Shown: piece after piece, positions 1 to 10,304 of the stretch
Layout of the letters: each line of letters begins with the position of its first letter
Numbering within the stretch: position 1 is the first letter of the stretch
From: an uncultured virus (IMG/VR IMGVR_UViG_3300048504_000529)
Taxonomy: Duplodnaviria; Heunggongvirae; Uroviricota; Caudoviricetes
IMG/VR virus record: IMGVR_UViG_3300048504_000529
DNA: 64,000 nt
Strand: one strand, 5' to 3'
Program-made: the position numbers and the translations under genes
Notes under the pieces: model-generated
What the model was told of the DNA's origin: nothing
Databases searched by the model: none
What the model saw: the letters and a program-made list of their open reading frames with translations, nothing else

Positions 1-116
1 TCAGGTTATCCTAAGTTGATGATATTGATGATGATTGATATTATATGCAGTTGGTGGGCATCCACGAACAACCTGATGTTATACGCAGTTAGCATTTATA
101 GACAGGTAAGACGATA

Positions 117-223
117 CTATTACTATTTCATTTAATCTATTACTATGTCTATATGCGTTATGCGTGTTATATCTACTTGTAAAGCTATTACTATTATTGC
201 TTGTATAGCTATTACTATTACTA
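117..223. repeat. Five copies of the 9-mer CTATTACTA in a non-coding AT-rich region
   Basis: CTATTACTA starts at 117, 137, 185, 209 and 215. Confidence 0.75.
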
Positions 224-313
224 TTATACATTATTTCCACGAAAAAAAGGGTATTTTGTATGGCCATATCTACTCGCATTTTATAGGCAATTTCGGAGGG
301 CAAAAAACATCAA

Positions 314-359
314 AAAAACGAGCAGAAAATCAAGCAGAAAAACGAGCAGAAAATCAAGC
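314..359. repeat. 22-bp direct repeat with 24-bp period
   Basis: AAAAACGAGCAGAAAATCAAGC at 314-335 and 338-359. Confidence 0.85.
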
Positions 360-438
360 TATTTTAAATGATGAAAGAAGAAGAAATCAAATGGTTGCGA
401 AAGCAAGCATTTATTTCTTTTGAGTGAATCATTGCATA

Positions 439-1038
439 CTATTTCTTCCACCAAAAATTATTCGCAAACAACCAATATTTACGGTCGTACCAATATAGTA
501 ATCTATAGTTTTTATATGACATTGCATAAAACCATCCGTAATCAACACTGTATAAAAAATTTTCTTTTTCGCTGAATGTCCATACCCACTTGATATCTTC
601 ACGATATATCCACCCTTCACTATTAGGAAGATTTTGAGCAGTAGCAGAATAATTCCATCCGTGTACATTATGTACTCTCCATGTATGATCATTATGAATA
701 GTTTTTGGTTCTTCCGAAAAATTTTCCTCGATTTCGGTTTGTTCATGTTTGCTTGGAACTGAATGTGTGGGCAAAGTATCTTCAATGGGTACACCATGCT
801 TATCATTCAATTTCTGTTGTTTCATTTCTTGCATAATACGAAATGTCTTCATCGTTGATTCTCTCCAACTATGACACATTATCATGTGTCTGCCAATACC
901 CAATGGTTCTCCAGGATCTACGGTTTCGCAATATTCACATCCGCATAAAAAGTCTTTTATTTGAGGAGAAATACGAGAAAATAGTATATTAGTGAAAATC
1001 AATAAGCCACTGTATACTAAAAAAAATTTGCTCGACAT
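439..1038 (-). CDS. Secreted or membrane-anchored protein with Trp/Tyr-rich C-terminal motifs
   Basis: N-terminal hydrophobic segment; GWIY, WVW, GWFY, YWY motifs. Confidence 0.65.
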   Translation of the reverse strand: MSSKFFLVYSGLLIFTNILFSRISPQIKDFLCGCEYCETVDPGEPLGIGRHMIMCHSWRESTMKTFRIMQEMKQQKLNDKHGVPIEDTLPTHSVPSKHEQTEIEENFSEEPKTIHNDHTWRVHNVHGWNYSATAQNLPNSEGWIYREDIKWVWTFSEKENFLYSVDYGWFYAMSYKNYRLLYWYDRKYWLFANNFWWKK

Positions 1039-1073
1039 ATAATAATATATATCAAGACTAAGTGAAATGCGAA

Positions 1074-1757
1074 TTAGTTATTTAAAGATTTACGAAGAAG
1101 TGATAATCCCATATCTTTCTTGATTTCGTTTTTAAGATTAACTGAAGAACATTCTTTAATTACATTATAGTGATGTACACCATGCAGAACATCTCTTCCG
1201 TTTTTGCAACACATATAGTATTTTACATTAGGACTAAGAATATTTTTTAGGTTGCTAAATTTTTTCCATGTATTCTTATCATGCTCTTTGAGATATCTAA
1301 GATTATTAGCAGGACCATTTTTCTTGGGAAGTCGTTCCACCAAGTATTCCAAATCAGTTTGTGGATCAATTGCTATTGATACATCTGCATTTATATAACT
1401 ACCGAATAAGAAACTAGCATAACCACCTGCACTACTTCCGATTGTTATTATTTTTTTGTAGTTTTGTGTCTGTTCTTTTAAAAACGATATTGTATCTGAT
1501 ATGTTTTTGCCTATTCCATTTAATCTGCCAAGATACCATTTGTGTTTATTTCTTAGATAGAATATATCAAAATCATATTTCTTATTGTATTTTAAATCTA
1601 TCAATGAAGTCTTACGCATAAATCCAGCATGGTAATTACTACCAAAAGAAATAACAAGTGTTTTTGATTTATCACCAACTCTTGCATATGCGATTGATGT
1701 TTTTTCCTGTTGCTCTACATATTCAAGTGATTTTACATTATTACCATCATCCATCAA
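1074..1757 (-). CDS. Alpha/beta-hydrolase-like (esterase-like) protein, paralogue 1
   Basis: GSSAGG elbow, DPQTDL, C-terminal His; similar to 10967-11599 and 19143-19844. Confidence 0.65.
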   Translation of the reverse strand: MMDDGNNVKSLEYVEQQEKTSIAYARVGDKSKTLVISFGSNYHAGFMRKTSLIDLKYNKKYDFDIFYLRNKHKWYLGRLNGIGKNISDTISFLKEQTQNYKKIITIGSSAGGYASFLFGSYINADVSIAIDPQTDLEYLVERLPKKNGPANNLRYLKEHDKNTWKKFSNLKNILSPNVKYYMCCKNGRDVLHGVHHYNVIKECSSVNLKNEIKKDMGLSLLRKSLNN

Positions 1758-1770
1758 TATAAATATTTAA

Positions 1771-2274
1771 TTAAGTTACCTTTTTTCTAACATAATGATA
1801 ATAGGTATAACGCATATTTGTATCATACCATTCTATATTGTGTAAATTGTACAACTCGTTGTCGTATTCAGGAAAATAAACGTTACCTTTGCAAGATGCT
1901 TCTATACGAGTAATATGAAGTTGTTCCGCATTTTTTATGCTGTATTCGTATAATTTTGCTCCACCTATTACGAATATACGGTTATCAGGAAACTCTGAGT
2001 TCATGCTTATTAATGCTTGTTCAAAGCTTCCGAACGTAAAACAACCAGGTGCTTCATAATGTGCATTGGTGGTTAATACTGCGTTGTAACGGTTCGGTAA
2101 CGCATTAGGAAGAGTTTCGTATGTAGTTCTGCCCATAATCACCACAGAGTTCGTTGTGATGCGTTTAAACAATGCTTGTTCTCCTTTTGCTTTCCACGGA
2201 ATTTTATCATCGTTACCTATAACACGGTTATGATCCATTGCAGCTATTAATGAGTATTTTGGTAATTGGTTCAT
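1771..2274 (-). CDS. folA: Dihydrofolate reductase with DfrA-like signature
   Basis: VIG..IPW, MGRTTYE, LPNR, FVIGGA motifs. Confidence 0.95.
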   Translation of the reverse strand: MNQLPKYSLIAAMDHNRVIGNDDKIPWKAKGEQALFKRITTNSVVIMGRTTYETLPNALPNRYNAVLTTNAHYEAPGCFTFGSFEQALISMNSEFPDNRIFVIGGAKLYEYSIKNAEQLHITRIEASCKGNVYFPEYDNELYNLHNIEWYDTNMRYTYYHYVRKKVT

Positions 2275-2714
2275 TTGAAAATTTTGTAGTTTGTGTCTTT
2301 GTAGATGAATGCTTCAACTGTATGTGGAAAGTGTAAAAATATTGTGTCACCAAAATCAGTTGTATTGTTTATTGCAGGAACATTTGTAAAATAATGGAAA
2401 TGTTGTCCGTTGCTTCCAATAAGCATTTTATACATTTCATTGTTATCAGTTATAGTAAATTCTACACCTGTTTGTATATCGTATTTGTCTTTATACTCAG
2501 TTTTATCATTATGAATAAGTTCCGCAAAAATTTCAAGTGGAAGTTCACATTGTCTTTGTGATAAACCTTTTCGTTTTTCTTCGTTTCTGAATAACAATGA
2601 AATTAACATTCCATCAGACTTTGTATCACCTATAACAATTTCACGAGGATTGCAATATTCATTTCCGTCAGGATCAATATGATTTAGTTCACATATTACA
2701 ATATCTTCAAACAT
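2271..2714 (-). CDS. Hypothetical protein
   Basis: 147-aa ORF overlapping the DHFR start by 4 nt. Confidence 0.7.
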   Translation of the reverse strand: MFEDIVICELNHIDPDGNEYCNPREIVIGDTKSDGMLISLLFRNEEKRKGLSQRQCELPLEIFAELIHNDKTEYKDKYDIQTGVEFTITDNNEMYKMLIGSNGQHFHYFTNVPAINNTTDFGDTIFLHFPHTVEAFIYKDTNYKIFK

Positions 2715-2759
2715 TCTATCATTGTATTATGCTTTTTATTTATTTGCAAGTTAAATTAC

Positions 2760-2867
2760 TTACTCAAATTCATATCCGAAATACTCAATATCTTTTGCAT
2801 ATTTTTCCACAACGATAGATTTTGTTTCATTGTCATAGTATTTGGTATGGTTGTATATTGTTCTCAT
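2760..2867 (-). pseudogene. Remnant or mini-ORF matching a sulfotransferase-family C-terminus
   Basis: Own translation [35 protein letters not shown]; resembles the C-terminus of 8734-9384. Confidence 0.6.
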
Positions 2868-2878
2868 TGTCTCTGAAT

Positions 2879-4165
2879 TTACATATGTAAATTTTCTATT
2901 AATTGTATATCCTGTTTGTCTTTTTCAATACTCTGTTCACCAAACAATTTGTTTTCAATTCTATATTGTTTGTATTTATAAATTATTTCAATAGTACAAA
3001 ACTTAACACCAAAATAATAAAAGTGATTGTCTGGATTGTAAATAATATCATCACTTGATGTAATATAATGTCCCTGTTCTGCGTATTTGTTGTGTCTATC
3101 AAAAGATGCGTGTCTAAATACATCCTCTAAGTCATTATCTATTAAGATATCAATATCGTTACAATCCCTAATGCCATATGCAGATAAAACCGCAGAGGAG
3201 GTTACGCAAATACGATTCAGATCTACACTGTGCCTCGTACAAAAATCTTTTAGTCGTAAAAACTCTAGTTGAAATTGTTTCTCGGTTTTATTTACAAGAG
3301 TCGGACAGGTTTGCATAAATTTACGAGTATTGTTATTGTAAAGTGTTGCAAACCAGTTGCATTCCTCTTGTGTGTCGGGTGAGTGACAACTATCATTACC
3401 CGTCTTGTAATGCTTTCGTATTTCTGTTTTAAGTTGCTTCATATATTGATACGACTGCTTTTTAAGAAACACTATTTTCATTAATTTGTTAGAATGAGAA
3501 AAACAAGGGTTTGCTTTGCCCCCTCCTCCTCCAGAAGTACACCAAGGTTCATCTGCATATGCCATTAGGATCAAGTTGTTTTTGAAATTATTGGGGTATT
3601 CTAGTTCTAATTCAAACAGAAAATCGTTTTTAATTTTATTATCAATTTTAGTGGATAATGGTTTATCATTTGGAAATAATAATATGCAACTAAATTCAAC
3701 CTGATGCTTTAATAAAAATCTCTGCGCCAAGTAATCAATATATTTTTCTGGAAAAGTTATATGTGTTTTATGTTTTTTAAACCAATTAACACGTATTCTG
3801 AATCCTTGTCCATCGACAATTTCATAAGTGGGTTCTATTTTATGATATTGACATATGCTGAATCTATGATATCCATTGAATAACGAATGACCCCATTCTC
3901 CTTCGGTAACTGGGATTGGTTTCTCAGTTTGATATTCTGTTTTTACACTTGCAATCAAATTGTTAAATCTCTTGATATGTTCATCTTCCCCTCTGTGTGG
4001 TCCATCTATGAGGTTATTCATACACTTTTTAATGGTTAAATGCAAAGATTTAAAAAAATCTGTGTTCCATTTTTTTTCATACGACTCGACATAATCAATA
4101 CCAGCAACCGTGTCAAGTCTGTTGTATATTAATTGTTTTTTGCAAAATTTGTTCATTAGTTTCAT
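2879..4165 (-). CDS. Protein with N-terminal ParB/Srx-like motif and C-terminal nucleotidyltransferase-like motif
   Basis: [40 protein letters not shown]. Confidence 0.55.
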   Translation of the reverse strand: MKLMNKFCKKQLIYNRLDTVAGIDYVESYEKKWNTDFFKSLHLTIKKCMNNLIDGPHRGEDEHIKRFNNLIASVKTEYQTEKPIPVTEGEWGHSLFNGYHRFSICQYHKIEPTYEIVDGQGFRIRVNWFKKHKTHITFPEKYIDYLAQRFLLKHQVEFSCILLFPNDKPLSTKIDNKIKNDFLFELELEYPNNFKNNLILMAYADEPWCTSGGGGGKANPCFSHSNKLMKIVFLKKQSYQYMKQLKTEIRKHYKTGNDSCHSPDTQEECNWFATLYNNNTRKFMQTCPTLVNKTEKQFQLEFLRLKDFCTRHSVDLNRICVTSSAVLSAYGIRDCNDIDILIDNDLEDVFRHASFDRHNKYAEQGHYITSSDDIIYNPDNHFYYFGVKFCTIEIIYKYKQYRIENKLFGEQSIEKDKQDIQLIENLHM

Positions 4166-5001
4166 TTTAAAAGGTTAATATTAAAGTCGGAAATAAATTC
4201 TGGGTGATTTTTAATTAAAAAACCTTCTGCATTATTTGTACCACCCTTCCAGTGATCAGATTTTTCAAGTTCATTCAACCAGTGCATCGATAAACCATGA
4301 TTTTGTCCATTAAATAAATAATAAACCGCAGCTCTAAAAGGTATAACGTGACATGGTAGGAATGTAGAACAAATCTTATGGTGATCACCTAATACTTTTC
4401 GAACAAAGTCATCACCTGCAACCTCAAAAATTTCTTGTTGATTTGAATTAATGTTCAAACCTTTTAAATGTTTGAGTAAACAACTTGTTTTAACTATTTG
4501 GGAAGTACCACAACATCCTTGAAATATATTATTTTTATTAAACCTCTCACCTGCAATAGCATACCCTTTAAGTATCTTGTAGCTACTAAAATCTGGATGA
4601 TCAGAAATATACTGCACAATATCTTTATGAACAAAATCATCCGCATCAAAAAACATAATGTTGTCAGATTGTGAAGCAACTGCTCCGATAGCATATTTTG
4701 TTCCACGATCAATCTCAATGACGTTCATTCCTGTACGTATCTTCGCATTCGGCTTCGTAATCGGAGCAGAAAAACCAACCTTGATGAATTTTATATTTTT
4801 AATAATTGGATGAGAACTAAAATCATCTAGTATTTTGTTGGCTACTACTATAATTTCAAAATCTTGATTGGTTTGACTTGATATAGATATCAATGTATTT
4901 TCTAATAACTTCCATACTAATTCATAATCATTAGAATTATCTGGATGTCTGATGCTAGTCACAAAGGTAATTAAGTTTTTTTTCATTTGGTTATTTTTCA
5001 T
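4162..5001 (-). CDS. GT-A fold (GT2-like) glycosyltransferase
   Basis: SISSQTNQDFEIIVV and MFFDADDFV (DxD). Confidence 0.75.
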   Translation of the reverse strand: MKNNQMKKNLITFVTSIRHPDNSNDYELVWKLLENTLISISSQTNQDFEIIVVANKILDDFSSHPIIKNIKFIKVGFSAPITKPNAKIRTGMNVIEIDRGTKYAIGAVASQSDNIMFFDADDFVHKDIVQYISDHPDFSSYKILKGYAIAGERFNKNNIFQGCCGTSQIVKTSCLLKHLKGLNINSNQQEIFEVAGDDFVRKVLGDHHKICSTFLPCHVIPFRAAVYYLFNGQNHGLSMHWLNELEKSDHWKGGTNNAEGFLIKNHPEFISDFNINLLK

Positions 5002-5032
5002 CTCTCACTCTCCAAGCTTATATCCAAAATAC

Positions 5033-5902
5033 TCAAATGGACTTTTGGTTGTTTATGTCGCTAATATCTTTATCGATAATTGGTCGACCAGAAATACCTG
5101 AGTAATCCATGTCTGGAAACTGAGATCTAAAGAATTTAAATTGTTCAGGGTTAATTGTATCACCGCGTGCATGGTTTACACTTTCAATTGGGTGTTTATC
5201 TTCATTTATATTAATATGATTGTATATCCTTGATATAATCTCTTTGTAGTAAATTTCTGTTGGGTGACTGTGTGTATGTGTTATTATTTGTTTTTCAAAA
5301 TTTTCGTCAACCCAATCATTTATATTTATGCGAATATCATATTTTTCAAGTTCCTCTTCGTACCTACTATAATTTTCATTACGATATGGTACAAACTCTT
5401 TGTTGTATGGGTATTCATTTTGAAACAATTGTACTAAATGTGGGTCATCTGAATTTTGTAAGAAATCTATAATTTCGTTGGAATTACTTGTTTTAGTTTT
5501 TGCATAGTCAGCCCAAGGTTTTATCGAACGTGGTTCATTTAAATCTGCAAAAAAACGAAAATCAGGCAAACAAATTTTGATGGAGTTTTTTGGTAAAATT
5601 TCATTATACAAATATTCGGTTTTCAATTTATCTATTACAGAACCACCACCAAAATGCTGAAATACAAATACATCAGTTTGTTTTAACTTTTCGTGAATAC
5701 ACTCAAAATGATCTAATTGATGGGGTTTGTTTTCAGGAGTCCAAACTGCAAAAGCCGGTGCAGAGTTCCAAAAAGGCATTACATTGCATTCTTCACACGA
5801 AATTACATCAAATTCGTCATTCAATTTTTCAGCAAAGTAATTAGAGATTGCACACATATGGCAATTTCCATAAAAAAGTATTTTTAGATTTTTTTTGTTC
5901 AT
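5033..5902 (-). CDS. WcbI-like polysaccharide biosynthesis protein (putative acetyltransferase)
   Basis: N-terminal YGNCH, DVFVFQ, late THSHPT; paralogue of 11645-12484. Confidence 0.65.
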   Translation of the reverse strand: MNKKNLKILFYGNCHMCAISNYFAEKLNDEFDVISCEECNVMPFWNSAPAFAVWTPENKPHQLDHFECIHEKLKQTDVFVFQHFGGGSVIDKLKTEYLYNEILPKNSIKICLPDFRFFADLNEPRSIKPWADYAKTKTSNSNEIIDFLQNSDDPHLVQLFQNEYPYNKEFVPYRNENYSRYEEELEKYDIRININDWVDENFEKQIITHTHSHPTEIYYKEIISRIYNHININEDKHPIESVNHARGDTINPEQFKFFRSQFPDMDYSGISGRPIIDKDISDINNQKSI

Positions 5903-5915
5903 GTCTTTATTTAAT

Positions 5916-6026
5916 TTAACAGTTCTTGATTATTGCATTTGCAATAATGTTTTTTAATTTGTGTGGAGTTACATCTGAGTATTGATTGTTGAAATTTACG
6001 TCCTGATAATATGTGTAAATTTTCAT
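5916..6026 (-). pseudogene. Truncated third copy of the MKIYTYYQ gene family
   Basis: Own translation MKIYTYYQDVNFNNQYSDVTPHKLKNIIANAIIKNC*. Confidence 0.6.
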
Positions 6027-6781
6027 AATCCTAATAAATTTTTAATTAACTCAATTCTTAACTGACTTGCATTTTGCTTTTTATATTGAGCATATTTTTC
6101 TTGCACATCAATTATATTTTGATGCGACACATGAACCACACCATATTTTTCATTTTCAATGTATCCGATGTATGGACCTGCAAGTATTTTGTTTTCCACA
6201 GGATCAATGTATCCACCTAATTCATGTCGATTTCTTGTCATTAAAATGTTGTGTTGCTTTCTTAAATTTTCTGCGGAATCATTAAAATTTGGCATAAAAT
6301 TATACATAAAAAATTCTTGGTCATGGTAATGATTTGCTTGTTGTTTTAAAATGTCTATTCGTTCATTACTTACTTCTACAAATGCTTTACACAAATTTTC
6401 AAATTGAATTGGTGTTCCACTTGCAAGAAATGGACAATCATTATCCATTAAATGAAGTTTATTCTTCGGTTCTGTGATCGGAAAATTAACATTTATCGCA
6501 TCATAATCAGAAACATAAAATTTTTCATCTGCTTGAGTTGCATAGGCCATCCAACGAAACCAACAACTCATTCCGTAATCACCAATTTCTTTGTTTGTAA
6601 TTTCCTTGAAAATTTTACGCATTTCTGTATTCAAAGTTTCAAAATACGAATGCTTTTTTGCATCTTCTAAATTTAGCACGATTGGTTCGTAACCATGATT
6701 TGACCAACTTATTTTCCACAAATCGATAAGTTCGTTTTGGGAAGAGTGACTTATATTCTGATAATATGTGTATATTTTCAT
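6023..6781 (-). CDS. Putative glycosyltransferase-like protein, tandem paralogue
   Basis: SW..HGYEP, C.FRW.AY, SDYD motif; N-terminal two thirds nearly identical to 6778-7425. Confidence 0.6.
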   Translation of the reverse strand: MKIYTYYQNISHSSQNELIDLWKISWSNHGYEPIVLNLEDAKKHSYFETLNTEMRKIFKEITNKEIGDYGMSCWFRWMAYATQADEKFYVSDYDAINVNFPITEPKNKLHLMDNDCPFLASGTPIQFENLCKAFVEVSNERIDILKQQANHYHDQEFFMYNFMPNFNDSAENLRKQHNILMTRNRHELGGYIDPVENKILAGPYIGYIENEKYGVVHVSHQNIIDVQEKYAQYKKQNASQLRIELIKNLLGL

Positions 6782-7425
6782 GATAAGATTTCTTTAATTA
6801 ATTTTATTCTATTAGATTGTGTTTTACACCTAAAATGACTAAAGTGGATAATTGGAGTCAAATGATCCTTAATGTATGGTGATAATAATTTATCTCTTTC
6901 ACGTGTCATAACGATATTGTGATGATTTTTTAATTCTTCCGAGTTGTAATTGAAGAATTCTTGATCATGATAATGATTTGCTTGTTGTTTTAAAATTTCA
7001 ATGCGTTCGTTGCTGATGTCCACGAATGCTTTGCATAAATTTTCAAATTGTTTTGGTGTTCCACTTGCAAAACACGGTACATGAGCATCCATTAAATGAA
7101 GTTGATTGCTAGGTTCTGTGATCGGAAAATTAACATTAATTGCATCGTAATCACTAACATAAAATTTTTCGTCTTCTTGGGTTGCATATGCCAACCAACG
7201 AAACCAACAACTCATTCCGTAATCAGAAATTTCTTTGTTTGTAATTTCTTTGAAAATTTTACGCATTTCTGAGTTTAGTGTATCGAAATACGAATGTTTT
7301 TTTGCATCTTGTAAATTCAAAACAATTGGTTCGTAACCCTGACGAGACCAACTTATTTTCCACAAATCAATAAGTTCGTTTTGGGAAGAGTGATTTATAT
7401 TTTGATAGTAAGTGTATATTTTCAT
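6778..7425 (-). CDS. Putative glycosyltransferase-like protein, tandem paralogue
   Basis: Same motifs as 6023-6781 with a different C-terminus. Confidence 0.6.
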   Translation of the reverse strand: MKIYTYYQNINHSSQNELIDLWKISWSRQGYEPIVLNLQDAKKHSYFDTLNSEMRKIFKEITNKEISDYGMSCWFRWLAYATQEDEKFYVSDYDAINVNFPITEPSNQLHLMDAHVPCFASGTPKQFENLCKAFVDISNERIEILKQQANHYHDQEFFNYNSEELKNHHNIVMTRERDKLLSPYIKDHLTPIIHFSHFRCKTQSNRIKLIKEILS

Positions 7426-8114
7426 ACTCTATTGTGCTCCCGAATTACTTGTAATCTTGATAGTTTTCTATCTGCTCCTCTTCTATAACATCCTCCATCA
7501 TAATGAACAAGAAGAGTTTCATCTTGATTGTTATCAAATGAATGACCAACATAATAATATGGCCATTTTGCTTTTTCATTATTTTCAAGATCGTTATACA
7601 CAGGAGTAAAAATATTTGTGTATCGTTCCATGACACACATATCAGTAGAACTTCCATCATTTTTAAATTCTTCCGAGGAAAACTGCAACAAAGCACTTTC
7701 CATTTGCTCTACACCTTCTAAACCTAGATACACAACTGCACGTTCTCCACAAAAATAACTATTTTCTTTTGCGAAATTCACAATATTTGGTGTAAATCCA
7801 TAATTCATGACATCATAATCTGAGTATAATGTTGCACCATTTTCACGAACATATTGACAATACGCAAGCAAACGACAATAACAACTACGATGATATTTCC
7901 AGTTTGATGGATTTATTGTTTTGTAAAAATTAGCATCAGGATTATCCAAATCAAGTTTATGAAACAATTCGTTACGTTTAGAATATTCTTCGTTTAATAC
8001 AAGTGGATTCCATCCATGTTTGCTCCATGATTGTTTGTATACCTCAATTAACTCTTCACTTTGTTGAGAAAAGTCAGAGTTTGGTATTGATTGGAAATAT
8101 GATATTGTGTTCAT
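7422..8114 (-). CDS. Putative glycosyltransferase-like protein, divergent paralogue
   Basis: SWSKHGWNP, CYCRLLAY, SDYDVMN. Confidence 0.55.
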   Translation of the reverse strand: MNTISYFQSIPNSDFSQQSEELIEVYKQSWSKHGWNPLVLNEEYSKRNELFHKLDLDNPDANFYKTINPSNWKYHRSCYCRLLAYCQYVRENGATLYSDYDVMNYGFTPNIVNFAKENSYFCGERAVVYLGLEGVEQMESALLQFSSEEFKNDGSSTDMCVMERYTNIFTPVYNDLENNEKAKWPYYYVGHSFDNNQDETLLVHYDGGCYRRGADRKLSRLQVIREHNRV

Positions 8115-8737
8115 AAAATAAATAAATTTAAAAATTCATCAACAGAAATTAAATTCAACCATTCTTTTCTGTTTTTGTCTAAATTTTGATAATTCATATT
8201 TTCTTGTTTGATGTCTAATAGTTTTTGTCTGCCATAAGATATAATTCCGCACCCGAAATCAGTATCTACTGTACACATGGTTATGTCATTTCTTTCTTTT
8301 CTTAATTTAACAAAAGCTTTCCAGCAATCCCCGTTCCAAAGACTATCTTTAGTTTTTTTAACAAACTCTTTTCTCTTGGGGTTATCAAGAGTGAACTGTC
8401 TATATTCTTTTATGGGGTTTAGGTCGTGACAAATAATATATCCTCCTTGATTTAAAAATAGTAGCGCATTATTGATATCTCGTTGCACTTGCTCTGATTC
8501 GTGTAAACCATCTATGAAAATTATGTCAAATGTTTCTGTGTTTTTGGCAAAAAAATCATCTGATGTCAATTTGAAATCAGGTTCTCTATCAAAAACTTCA
8601 TAACAAGGATCAACACCGACCTTATGTTTTATGTTGATTTTGTCAAAATTCATAGAATGTATTCTGACTCCGATTTCAAGATATGTTTTTGCGTTTATCT
8701 TGCTTGCTAGTTTATTAATAATTTCAGTTCTTGTCAT
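8111..8737 (-). CDS. Class I SAM-dependent methyltransferase
   Basis: YLEIGV, GVDP, TSDDFF, FDIIFIDGLH, GGYIICHD. Confidence 0.9.
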   Translation of the reverse strand: MTRTEIINKLASKINAKTYLEIGVRIHSMNFDKINIKHKVGVDPCYEVFDREPDFKLTSDDFFAKNTETFDIIFIDGLHESEQVQRDINNALLFLNQGGYIICHDLNPIKEYRQFTLDNPKRKEFVKKTKDSLWNGDCWKAFVKLRKERNDITMCTVDTDFGCGIISYGRQKLLDIKQENMNYQNLDKNRKEWLNLISVDEFLNLFIL

Positions 8738-9384
8738 AAATTATATCCTTTTAATTTTATTACATCTTTTTCTTTCTCGGCAACTAAAGTAATGGTTTCC
8801 TCGTTATAAATATTATAATAACTACTTTTTATAACACTTTTGTTTCCGTGGAATAATGGTGAATATGTTACATTTACTTTGTTGCATAGTAATTCAAATT
8901 CTGTGTTTAAATTTTCAAATTTTGCTATATGAGATGCCATGATTTCACCATTTTCATCTGTGTAATAATCACTTTGACATTCATTATTGATTATGATGTT
9001 TCGCAATACAATTTCATCTGTTTTATTTGCAAATAGTTCTTCGCACATTTTTCCTTGATTAATTTCAGGAGCATTCCATTGTATACTTGCATCTTTATTT
9101 TTATATTTTTCCGCATATTCTTTAAAGTATTTAAAAAAACTATAATACCGATCCCACGGATTACGAACAATAACAAATGAAAAATACTCTGAAAAGTTTT
9201 TGTTTATTTTTTGCAACGAATTGGAACATTGCATTGCAGTTCCGTGCTGGTAAAAATCAGCATTTAAATTTGGTTCACCTACAATATCAATTACATTTTG
9301 TGGTAACAAAGTTTCTCGTAAAGACCGTGTAGCAGTTTTAGGAATATCAATTGTAATGAATTTATGTTTGTGTGATATTAGCAT
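8734..9384 (-). CDS. Sulfotransferase family 2-like protein
   Basis: IPKTATRS (5'-PSB) and VRNPWDRYYS (3'-PB). Confidence 0.85.
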   Translation of the reverse strand: MLISHKHKFITIDIPKTATRSLRETLLPQNVIDIVGEPNLNADFYQHGTAMQCSNSLQKINKNFSEYFSFVIVRNPWDRYYSFFKYFKEYAEKYKNKDASIQWNAPEINQGKMCEELFANKTDEIVLRNIIINNECQSDYYTDENGEIMASHIAKFENLNTEFELLCNKVNVTYSPLFHGNKSVIKSSYYNIYNEETITLVAEKEKDVIKLKGYNL

Positions 9385-10238
9385 GATAACAATTTGTTGT
9401 ACAATTCAATATCGTATATCATTCTGTTTTGCAGTAATTTGTGTGATTCTTCGTCAATTATTGTAGAACTTTTTGATTTAGAATTGTAAATTATATCCCA
9501 ACCGTTTTGTTGTTTTTGTTTTTCAGTTAAATTCAGATTCAGATATTGTTTGAATATGTCATCTATAAATTTATTTGTGTTTTTGATGTCACATATCTTA
9601 AATTTTTTTAAAATGTGAAATACATCTACATAATTTTTTAAAGTAATTCCCACAGAATTCTGCACTTTGGTGAATTGTCGTATCAACCAACTATCTTCTG
9701 TGTATGCACTTTTAGCATACTCTGAAAATTTATTTGGAATAATTCCGTAAGTTGGTTCGTGTTTTGCTTTATCTGAATTTATATAATCAAAAAAAGATAC
9801 TGCTCGTTTAACAGGATCACGTAATATCATAAAATCAATTAAATTATATTTTTCAAAAAACTTTTTGATTTGATCGTGATACACAAATCCATCTGCTTCT
9901 ATAATTATTGAAAAAATATTCAGGTTAATAAATACATCGTGTGAACATTCATTTAAATTGATTGTATAATGTGTATTATCTTCAATTACACCTCGTTTGA
10001 GTATTGAACTTTCATTGCATATAAAATTTGGATCACCTGCGATTATTCGTGCAATTTCTTTATTATCGTGATGTATTACGATGTTTCTACCAGTTTCTTT
10101 TTTTAATGACAACCAATTTGTATGTGTACGTCTAAATAATCTAAAATATAAAAACATGATGCTTATTATGTATGTTCCCGCGTTCTTTGGAACATGATAA
10201 AAACACGGAACATTTGAATTTTGTTGTATATCAACCAT
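9378..10238 (-). CDS. Sulfotransferase-like protein
   Basis: FYHVPKNAGT and LRDPVKRAVS; paralogue of 13318-14199. Confidence 0.75.
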   Translation of the reverse strand: MVDIQQNSNVPCFYHVPKNAGTYIISIMFLYFRLFRRTHTNWLSLKKETGRNIVIHHDNKEIARIIAGDPNFICNESSILKRGVIEDNTHYTINLNECSHDVFINLNIFSIIIEADGFVYHDQIKKFFEKYNLIDFMILRDPVKRAVSFFDYINSDKAKHEPTYGIIPNKFSEYAKSAYTEDSWLIRQFTKVQNSVGITLKNYVDVFHILKKFKICDIKNTNKFIDDIFKQYLNLNLTEKQKQQNGWDIIYNSKSKSSTIIDEESHKLLQNRMIYDIELYNKLLSC

Positions 10239-10304
10239 CTTGTATAAATATCAACCACTTAAATATTATAAAAACTAATATTTATTATAATAACTAAAGG
10301 GGAG

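Noticed and set aside
79..423. ORFs 79-303 and 145-423
   Set aside because: Their composition follows from the DNA repeats; no recognisable protein features
6023..7425. Diversity-generating retroelement template/variable pair
   Set aside because: Whole-gene duplication, differences not adenine-specific, no reverse transcriptase in the window
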